DNA of 42,259 nt. It comes from Octopus bimaculoides. Taxonomy: Eukaryota. Positions 33,108 to 42,259 of the stretch are shown here, piece by piece (the first letter of the stretch is position 1; every line of letters begins with the position of its first letter). The stretch covers positions 14,578,224 through 14,620,482 of the forward strand of contig NC_068995.1 of the NCBI RefSeq assembly GCF_001194135.2, given 5' to 3'. Both the position numbers and the translations under genes were made by a program. The notes under the pieces are model-generated. The model was not told the origin of the DNA. It searched no databases and worked only from the letters and a program-made list of their open reading frames with translations.

Positions 33108-33368
33108 TTCTTTTCTTTTATTTGTTTCAGTCATTTGACTGCGACCATGCTGGAGCACTGCCTTTAGTCGAACAAATCGACCCCGGGACTTATTCCTTGT
33201 AAGCCTAGTACTTATTCTATCGGTCATTTTTGCCGAACCGCTAAGTTACGGGGACGTAGACACGCTACCATCGGTTGTCAAATGATGGGGGGGGGGGGTA
33301 AACACACACACACATATATATACGACGAGATTCTTTCAGTTTCCGTCTACCAAATCTACTCACAAGGT
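33108..33368 (-). mobile_element. SINE family B, 5'-truncated
   Basis: 3' half, short (G)n/(CA)n/(TA)n, then cgacgagattctttcagtttccgtctaccaaatctactcacaagg. Confidence 0.85.
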
Positions 33369-33959
33369 TTAACAATCCATATCACACGTTCTTTAAAAAT
33401 TGGTCATCCATAAATACCTCAGGCCTCCACTCTTCTCCCTATTTGATTGACATTCCTACCTGTTATACACAAATAATTCGAGCTCTTATGATTAAGTTCT
33501 TAAGAAGATTTTGTTGGAAAGAGATGAATTTTTTCAAAGCATTATTTGTTTGCCTGTACATTCCCCTGTAATGGAAAAGTGGTCCTTATGCCTTGTTTTA
33601 TGATGTGTCTTAAGGTTAAGCTCCTCTGCGTCTTTATAGTTTTATGACCAATGAAATAAAGTGTCCTCTTTGATTGTAAAATGGTTTTGACTGAACCCAG
33701 GCCGCTTATTTATAATTTCCCCCTTTTTAGAACCAGTCGATGCCATTTTCATTAAGATCGACGAAAAATAAGGACAACATTCATAGTTTTCATCAGTAGT
33801 ATTTTTCAACTACACTGTTCTTAGAAAATGTATATAAATTTTATGTAAGAAGAAAAATATTTATTTAAAAAACAACAAAAAAGAACACCGTTAAGCATCT
33901 GAGTATTTATTAACCGAGGCTTAAGTAGACCCAGCGATCAGTTGCAAATGATTATAATA

Positions 33960-34167
33960 TTGGGTTGTCCGGAAAGTTCGTGCCGATTTGTAGTAGCTTA
34001 CCTTTTGACTTATTTGCCATGAAACCACCTCAATTCTGGGAAGAGGGTATTTTCAAGTTAAAGGAAAGATGGAGACGCATTGTGCAACAAAATGGTTCAT
34101 ATTTGGTTGATTTAAAATGTAATGGCAAGTATTTATTGGCCCGACACGAACTTTCCGGACAAACCAA
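33960..34167 (+). mobile_element. mariner deletion derivative (MITE), 208 bp, TA TSD
   Basis: 26-bp TIRs ttgggttgtccggaaagttcgtgccg / cgacacgaactttccggacaaaccaa (2 mismatches), with TA on both sides. The interior encodes the mariner C-terminus FAMKPPQFWEEGIFKLKERWRRIVQQNGSYLVD. Confidence 0.92.
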
Positions 34168-35224
34168 TATAATTTGCCCACTTGTCAACAACACGCTTTT
34201 CTTCGCGCTTTTCTTCGCGCTTTTCTCTTATTTGCCTGAATGTTTCGCGGTGTCCGACGTTGGTTTAACACACACTACACTGCAAACCCTTCTTCCCACT
34301 ACCTATGACATTAACCACATCTCTCTTTACGTAATTCGTACATCACGTTGCATCTCACACCAACATCACTCTTTTTCTTTCTTTCTTTTGTTTTTGTTCC
34401 CCTCATATTCAATGCTGGCAGGGTCCTGATAATGGTTTTGTATAATTACTCATTTGCTATCACGTTCAAGTACCATAACGCAACCAAGCAGGATTCAGTC
34501 TCATAAGGTTGCAAATTTGTAATGAGAAACGCCTAATGAAAACCTTAATTGTATCCTCCCACATGTTTTTGGATATTATGGAATCGTTGGCGTTAAGTTC
34601 TTTATGTAAGTGTATAATTCAAAATGTTACACGTGGGCCGAAGGCTGAGGATCATTGGTGTACAGCAATTATTCCTACATTAACACGGAAAGAAAGTTTG
34701 CTCGAAATTGCTATTGTTGCTTAATCGCAGTTAATAATTAATAACTTTGAAATCAACCAAGAGAATTAGTCCAATTTAGCAAGGCAAATAAATCTGGGTT
34801 CATGGTATAATGTACAGAAAAATAATCCATTAATAATTAAACGTTGCAAAAAGCTGTCGCTTTAGAGACACGTCGAATAAGATAATGATTTAGTGAACTT
34901 GAAATCTAATTAGTTAGCTGCTACAGAATAACAATAACGATTTCTAACAATTAGAGAATAAACAATATATTGCGAAGACTTATCAATTAAGGCAGAGCGA
35001 GAATGGCTCCGTTGATAGAATTGCTGTAGACAGTCAGGCGAGAACACGACAACGGCTCGTGTCCCATTGCAAAGATTTCAAGTTGCCCCACTTTTCATGT
35101 TACCTCCCGGTAATACGAAAGAACAGAGCTACAAATAAATAAATAAATGAATAAATAAATAAGTAAATAAATAAATGAATAAATAAAACACTACGATGAA
35201 AATGTTATTTGTGTTAATTCAGAT

Positions 35225-35700
35225 GCTTTCAATTCGGTGTATTTGCTTATCGTCACCTATGATCATGAATCTGGGATAATGACCAAAAGCGTACGATCGT
35301 GAATACAAGCGGGCGAAATGGGGGTTCCCCCGGAGGATCTCTGGAGTAATGCAATTCGAGAGAGTACGTAGCTCGGATATCAGGGAATCACTCCAGATTG
35401 AGCTGCTACTTCTCTGCGTTGAGGGGTCACAACCCAGGTACGATGAACATGTTATTTGAATGCCGTTGAAAAGAATTGCATGACAGATTCTTGAAGTCGA
35501 GCCGACTGACAGGAGGCCAAGGGGTATACCAAGAACGATGTGGTTGGATAATGTCTATAGTCTCACTTGGTCGCACTTGGGATTCCAGGTGTATAGAGTA
35601 ATGACGGTTGTTTCTGATAGGACTCTACGGAGGAGGTGCCTGAGGACACTATTCTCTCCATCCACTCAAGAATAGTGAGCGGAGAAGATTGATGGATAGA
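35225..35700 (+). mobile_element. RTE-clade (Rex3/Expander-like) LINE 3' end, decayed
   Basis: SVYLLIVTYDHESGIMTKSVRS*IQAGEMG(fs)FPRRISGV..RVRSSDIRESLQIELLLL..RRPRGIPRTMWLDNV..SDRTLRRRCL..QE*, ending in a gatggataga-type tail. Confidence 0.85.
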
Positions 35701-36598
35701 TAACTCAAATATCATAGAAATGGATTAACATAAATGAAAAGAAACTAACGAATTTATCTGGCAACCTAATACAAGGCGGTGCCCCAGCATGACCGCAGAC
35801 TAATGCTTGAAACAAGATAAAAGAATACAATATGTAATGTGTTCGTTTTTAAAACGGTAAAGTGTGATATGACATAAATCTAGCTGCTGTTTCTGGCAGA
35901 TCGAGCAACACCATAGACTCCCACATTAGCTTGTAACTCCTAACTTCCTCCTTAGTTTATAAGTTCATGAATTTGTTTGGTGGTGGTGGTGATGGTGGTG
36001 GTGGTGATGGTGGTGGTGGTGGTGGTGGTGGTGTNNNNNNNNNNGTGTGTGTGTGTATGGGGGGGGGGTCCAGAGGGTTCGTGGTTGCGTGATGATAACC
36101 AATGTTAACAAACATATCTGCTTATAGTTTATATCTTCATTTCATCACTTGTGTTCTTTTAGTCTTTGACTAGTTTCAGACATTGGATTGCAGCCACTTT
36201 CATGAACTTTAGTCCATCATATTGACCCCAGCATTTGTTTCAGTTCGCCACTTATTTTATCGATATCTATTTATCGAAATGCTAGGCTACCGTTTTTGCT
36301 ATAAAGGAACACACAAACTGCTTACGCCGTAAAACTTAATCACAAGCGGGTAGACACACATCAATACACACACATATACATATATGTGTGTATGTGTGTA
36401 CGCATTAGACATGTGTGTGTGTGCGTTTGTATGCATATGTGTCTATGTGTGACACATACATATGCAGATACATACATATACACATTTGCGAACTCATACA
36501 CACACATATATACCCAGAATTATAGATGCATGCATACGTATAGACATGCATATATACACATGCACCCACACATAGTAAAGCATATCAATAAAATATAT

Positions 36599-36796
36599 TC
36601 TTTTCTACTCTAGGTGCAAGGCCCGAAGTTTTGGGGGAAGGGGTCAGTCGATTAGATCGACCCTAGTACGCAGCTGGTACTTAATTTATCGACCCCGAAA
36701 AGATGAAAGGCAAAGTCGACCTCGGCGGAATTTGAACTCAGAACGTAAAGACTGACGAAATACCGCTAAACATTTTGCCCGGCGTGCTAGCGTTTC
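36599..36796 (-). mobile_element. SINE family A, near full length, head interrupted at 36797 by the alternative tail
   Basis: Low divergence from 632-842 and 19910-20055. It is followed by tatttctttattgcccacaaggg. Confidence 0.85.
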
Positions 36797-37529
36797 TTAT
36801 TTCTTTATTGCCCACAAGGGCCTACACACAGCCACTCCTGCACCTATATATACATACATACATACANNNNNNNNNNNNNNNNNNNNNNNNNNNNNNNNNN
36901 NNNNNNNNNNNNNNNNNNNNNNNNNNNNNNNNNNNNNNNNNNNNNNNNNNNNNNNNNNNNNNNNNNNNNNNNNNNNNNNNNNNNNNNNNNNNNNNNNNNN
37001 NNNNNNNNNNNNNNNNNNNNNNNNNNNNNNNNNNNNNNNNNNNNNNNNNNNNNNNNNNNNNNNNNNNNNNNNNNNNNNNNNNNNNNNNNNNNNNNNNNNN
37101 NNNNNNNNNNNNNNNNNNNNNNNNNNNNNNNNNNNNNNNNNNNNNNNNNNNNNNNNNNNNNNNNNNNNNNNNNNNNNNNNNNNNNNNNNNNNNNNNNNNN
37201 NNNNNNNNNNNNNNNNNNNNNNNNNNNNNNNNNNNNNNNNNNNNNNNNNNNNNNNNNNNNNNNNNNNNNNNNNNNNNNNNNNNNNNNNNNNNNNNNNNNN
37301 NNNNNNNNNNNNNNNNNNNNNNNNNNNNNNNNNNNNNNNNNNNNNNNNNNNNNNNNNNNNNNNNNNNNNNNNNNNNNNNNNNNNNNNNNNNNNNNNNNNN
37401 NNNNNNNNNNNNNNNNNNNNNNNNNNNNNNNNNNNNNNNNNNNNNNNNNNNNNNNNNNNNNNNNNNNNNNNNNNNNNNNNNNNNNNNNNNNNNNNNNNNN
37501 NNNNNNNNNNNNNNNNNNNNNNNNNNNNN

Positions 37530-37562
<33 letters not shown>

Positions 37563-38264
37563 TATTCCAAGTGCAGTTCCTTCAACGGGAAAAAATTACC
37601 CTCGGTAGATTAATGGGAAAGATCACCGTGTCTCGACCGGTTAAAGTTATTAACGTTTCTAAAGCCAAATGAATGCTTGTGACTGGGAGAAGAGTTAACT
37701 CTCAGCTTATCAATTAAAAGGTTGCTAATTCGTTTAATTCGTAAGCTTATATTAAGCTCATGAATTCATTTGTTAAATATCTGTATACAGTCAGTACACC
37801 GTTCCATCACGGATGTTATATCAACGATAGATTGCTACTGTAAACCACTTTGAAAATATCAGTTGGTTTAATCGATGCAGATATTAAAGCCAATAAACGC
37901 TGTAGAAAAGAAAAACACAGAATCTTAAAGCTAGTTACTGATGAAAAGCTCGTCTGTGAAATTTCAAATTCTTTTATCTCCATTCAATCAGTCAAACGAC
38001 AAAACACTTTGAAACAATAGACGTATGAAACAATAGATTTTTGAATAAAAATTAAAGAAATACTAAACGTTTACCGAGTTCTGATTAATACTACAACTCG
38101 ACAAAGGTTAAAATTATTGAACTTAATCTTATTAGTCAAGTTATTGTTATTGAGCGAGAAAACAAAAAGAAAAGGAAAGAAAATGTGGAAATATTGATAA
38201 TGAGAGGATGAAAAATTAGTAAAAACAAAATGTCTGCTGTAAACAAACGTTTAAACGGTCGCTT

Positions 38265-38405
38265 GCAGAATTGTTAGAGCGCCGGACAAATACGTTATGG
38301 TAATTGTTCCGGATTTGTCGTTTTGTGTTCAAATGACGATGACGCGCAACTTCGTCTTTTATACTTTCGGGTGTTCAATATATAAAATATGAGTCAAGTA
38401 CTTGT
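38265..38405 (+). mobile_element. Degenerate family A SINE
   Basis: gcttgcagaattgttagagcgccggacaaa..gtgttcaaat..ctttcgggtg. Confidence 0.5.
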
Positions 38406-38769
38406 ATGGAATTCTTCTTCTTCTTCCCTCTCTTTCTTTCTCTTTCTCGTCTTCTCTTTCTCCCTTTCAGTTGGTTACGCTGCACAGTATGAAGGGTCGT
38501 GGATGAGCGTTCGTACAGCTTCTCCTGAAAAGAAAGTTAAAAACCTCTTGACATGGAAAAACTAATATGCTACATAAACCTACCTTCCTTACATCATCAA
38601 ATTAACGAACAACAACTGGTGTCTTCCTAGACAAGCATTCTGGATTTAACATGGAATTTCACATTGTCTTTCTTTCGTGAGATGCTACAACGATAATTTC
38701 TTATTGCTCTTATAAAACTCTAACTAGACTGACGGGTGTAACTAACTCTACGAGTAAAAGAGAATATGT

Positions 38770-38935
38770 GAGAGAAATGAAGAAAAATCGACTACAGTAA
38801 ATAACTCGTACTTTATTAACAGACCTCGAAAATTTAAAAGACAAAGGTGACTTCGTTTGGATGTGAACTCAGAGCCCCGAGAGCCGGAGCAATTATCGCA
38901 AAGCGTTCTAGCCGACGCTCTAACGATTCTGTCGA
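38770..38935 (-). mobile_element. Degenerate family A SINE
   Basis: aatcgactacagta..gtacttta..aaaggtgacttcg..tgaactcagagc..ctaacgattctg. Confidence 0.5.
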
Positions 38936-38957
38936 CATGCTTTCATATAAGGACATT

Positions 38958-39129
38958 CAGTAGCGTAGCTTGCGAGGTGGGGAGCGTGGGATTGGTGTGC
39001 TCCAGACGATGCTGCTTTTGTAGGGGCAGCACTTTGGGTTGAATTTTGTTGGGTTGTATGATGTATCTTTTTGTGAAACGGCACGTTGAAGAGCTGCCCC
39101 GAGTGGTACACACTCTAGCTACGCCACAA
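38958..39129. mobile_element. Second copy of the hAT-type MITE family (opposite orientation)
   Basis: Ends cagtagcgtagct / agctacgccacaa. The reverse complement gcgtagctagagtgtgtaccactcggggcagc aligns to 15055-15085. No TSD recognisable. Confidence 0.6.
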
Positions 39130-40347
39130 GTTACTTAGTAGATACCCCGCAGAATCGACCCTGTACGCACATTTCAAAAACAAGACACTTTAATCTCTCC
39201 ATCTGCCCATCCACATCAAAAAACATACGTTCCAGTCGAATGTATTGATTAGCTTATCTCTAGCGAAATGACGAACGAGTACTAAGTAGTATGTAAGATA
39301 AATATTAGTAGCATATATATGAAGTATAAGATAAAACTTTTCCCCTCTGCCGATGATTAAACAAAAGGAAACGATTTGCGGAATTGCATTATCAGCAGAC
39401 GATATGTTTATGTTCTGGAATAAACATGCTATAGTTACTGAAACAATGGTAGATATTGATAATGCTTATGACTGATCACACTTCACGTCTGGCTGTACAG
39501 CCTTTTTGTTTGTTTATTTCACAGTTTCGTTTTCCTGTCTCGTTTTCCGTCCGCCACTACCCTCCACGAAAACAATTTAATTTGTGTTCGTGGGAAGAAC
39601 CATTTTAACGATGCATACTGCCTTAATTCTTCGAAACGCCGGAGTTTTAATGGTGGCAGCTGATGAAGGGGATGTTTTTATGTGGCCTGCTTGTTTGTTG
39701 CACCTTGTTTACCATTTTTGTCCTTGTTCTTTTGCCACGTCATGTACCCAGTTATGTATCTATATGTACATGTGGATGAACGTATATACATACATGTACA
39801 TATATATGCATATACTCATATATTGTTTANNNNNNNNNNNNNNNNNNNNNNNNNNNNNNNNNNNNNNNNNNNNNNNNNNNNNNNNNNNNNNNNNNNNNNN
39901 NNNNNNNNNNNNNNNNNNNNNNNNNNNNNNNNNNNNNNNNNNNNNNNNNNNNNNNNNNNNNNNNNNNNNNNNNNNNNNNNNNNNNNNNNNNNNNNNNNNN
40001 NNNNNNNNNNNNNNNNNNNNNNNNNNNNNNNNNNNNNNNNNNNNNNNNNNNNNNNNNNNNNNNNNNNNNNNNNNNNNNNNNNNNNNNNNNNNNNNNNNNN
40101 NNNNNNNNNNNNNNNNNNNNNNNNNNNNNNNNNNNNNNNNNNNNNNNNNNNNNNNNNNNNNNNNNNNNNNNNNNNNNNNNNNNNNNNNNNNNNNNNNNNN
40201 NNNNNNNNNNNNNNNNNNNNNNNNNNNNNNNNNNNNNNNNNNNNNNNNNNNNNNNNNNNNNNNNNNNNNNNNNNNNNNNNNNNNNNNNATATATATATAT
40301 ATATATATATATAACATTATATTATATTATTTTACATTATTTTACAT

Positions 40348-40378
<31 letters not shown>

Positions 40379-41413
40379 CATGCATATACATATACATATA
40401 CAAATACGCACACATACATATATGTATGTATGTGTGTGTGTGTGTGTGCGTGTGTCTGAGACTAAAGTTACAGAGTACCATATCGTGGTCAGAGAGAAGA
40501 GGTTTTTCAACAGAAATGCTATGGATTGAATTAGAATAGCATCAGATCCAGAGTGTGACAGGTGCTAATCATCAGTACACTCTCTCTTCAAACTAATTAA
40601 AAGGTTTTTGTTTCCTTCAGATCCCCCATGGCAAATAAAATAAGAAATGAAAAGACTTCGAAAGAGTAAACTTCATGCAGAAATGTTTCAACTGTTCAAA
40701 AAGAGAAAACTGACATGCCGAAAAATTAATGAGGGTCATTGCCAAAGGACTTCAGGTGTCAGAGTTGACTATCAGAACAGTGAACCAGTGATAAGACTGA
40801 GATGCTTCCCATGCTGGCAGTGCCCGCGAAAGTTGTGGAGAATATAGGGCCGAGGGCAAACAATACATATAGGGCCGAGAGCAAAAAAGAGATACAGAAG
40901 TGGACATATGAAAGTGAATAGATGTCATTTAAGACAATGAAACAAAGGACAAAAGACGAAATAAATAAGAAACAAGCAAAATATAGCCTCAGGGCCAAAA
41001 GAACGCGAATGATGGGTAACGCTTAGAGGGCAATCCTAAAGGATTACAAAAACAACAAATAGTAAGACATGTTCTAGAAAATGTACGACCGGTCAGCTAC
41101 GCGGCTGGTGTAGAAAAGGAGAAAAAGAAAGGCTGGCCATGGGTCACGTGTCAGCAGCAGGCAGAGGGGAAAGAGGGCAAGAGGGAGGGAGAGGGAGAGC
41201 AACAGAGAGAAATATATATATATATATATTAAAGGAAAAAGGGAAACTAAACCAAAGCAGGACGAGTATTTCAGGTTATATTTAATTAGAGTATGGTGAA
41301 TCATAAAAAGGAGAAATAGAAGTAATTAATGTCTTACAGCTGTTCTTTAGATATCCCAGATGATGGATCAACATCCTTAAACCTAACGGATGTACCAAAA
41401 TTTGAAACGAGTA

Positions 41414-42010
41414 ACCGTTCTGCACGCACTTGTTCAGTGTCCAGGCATTACTGACTTGTGAAGTTATGTCGAAAAGCTGCTGTCACGTGTGGGACGGATC
41501 CGTCAAACGGCCAAGTCCATAGTGGTTATTGCCCCGCCGCCCTCCTTTAATCAGGTAGACAAGGCAGTTTTCCTTTGCCTGAGGGCTCTGACGAAAGAGG
41601 TTGTATGGTGGACGAGGCTGAAAGGTATGACGACAGATATATTCCTCTTTGGTAGAGATCTCATTGACTTCTTCAAGTTTCACTTGGAAAGGCAAGTGAG
41701 GGTGGAGTAGAGAGTGCTGTCATTGAGTGAGTTTATTGAAAGGTGAGTGTTAGTCGTGAAAATGACAAGAGTGGATGGTACCGCTCTAAATGTAGACCTG
41801 TGAGTCGGAGAAAGAAAATTGGAGGGGCCACTTGCCCTTAGTGTCCAGGGAGATCTTGGAGAGTGGGGCTCCTCGATTATCCCTACAGGTATCAGGAGGA
41901 CTACATCTCTATCATCCTCCAACCCATTTTTTTCGTGTTAACTTCAATATACTATGTATATTTCCCTTCCTTTTCATTGTATACACTTACTCTTTATTTT
42001 TTATCATTTC
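41414..42010 (+). mobile_element. Tx1/L1-clade LINE ORF2 C-terminus (41414-41803, three internal stops) plus 3'UTR
   Basis: TVLHALVQCPGITDL*SYVEKLLSRVGRI..APPPSF..KEVVWWTRLKG..FFKFHLERQVRVE*..EFIER*V..RVDGTALNVDL*: the zinc-knuckle end (HALVQC) and a Tx1-type C-terminal pattern. Confidence 0.8.
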
Positions 42011-42014
42011 ATTA

Positions 42015-42259
42015 TATACTCCTTTACTCTTTTACTTGTTTCAGTCATTTGACTGCGGCCATACTGGAGCACCGCCTTTAGTCGAGCAAATCGACCCCAG
42101 GACTTATTCTTTTGGAAGCCTAGTACTTATTCTATCGGTCGCTTTTTGCCGAACCGCTAAGTTACGGGGACGTAAACACACCAGCATCGGTTGTCAAGCG
42201 ATGTTGGGGAAACAAACACAGACACAAACATATACACACACATACATACATACATTCAT
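42015..42259 (-). mobile_element. SINE family B 3' half, running off the window edge
   Basis: ctttactcttttacttgtttcagtcatttgactgcggccata..gacaaacacagacacaaac. Confidence 0.9.

Larger units (their letters stand above)
3497..40288. other. 13 assembly gaps (3497-4276, 6968-7663, 8956-9250, 12825-12898, 16937-17587, 19602-19787, 24095-24767, 25956-26341, 30922-31239, 32971-32980, 36035-36044, 36867-37529, 39830-40288)
   Basis: Runs of N, most bordered by microsatellites. Confidence 0.99.

Noticed and set aside
37936-37975. Second hammerhead (CTGATGA..GAAA); also partial cores at 16339 and 23634
   Set aside because: Stems I and II cannot form around the core.
39584-39760. RCC1/WD40-like exon (HTALI..DEGDVFMW)
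   Set aside because: Motif spacing is wrong, there are no clear splice sites, and the frame runs into a microsatellite.
40640-41050. N-terminus of an RLE retrotransposon ORF (KGLQVSELTI)
   Set aside because: Similarity is limited to a few residues among many stops; left unassigned. It contains only a short atatagggccgag direct repeat.

Overview
This is AT-rich eukaryotic DNA, very rich in repeats, with 13 N-gaps. The SINE families, microsatellite load and gap pattern suggest an octopus (coleoid cephalopod) genome; that assignment is an inference. I found no intact host gene, and almost all ORFs in the supplied track come from microsatellites or gaps. The window holds about 30 copies or fragments of at least four tRNA-derived SINE families (my labels A-D). 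It also holds decayed coding remnants of six transposon types: RLE-type (R4/Dong-like) non-LTR (two), Tx1/L1, RTE (Rex3-like), Penelope-like GIY-YIG, Ty3/Gypsy integrase with a candidate LTR, and a hAT transposase. There are also mariner and hAT MITEs. The best finding is a type I hammerhead ribozyme fold at 15722-15819, next to a (TA)n array and an 80-bp-arm palindrome, which fits a Penelope-like context. Other notable points are a possible Tx1 LINE/SINE shared 3' tail landing inside SINE heads, a 23-bp minisatellite that grew out of transposase coding sequence, and an inverted pair of octamer/CCAAT/E2F-like modules. All family assignments are from recalled motifs, not database searches.
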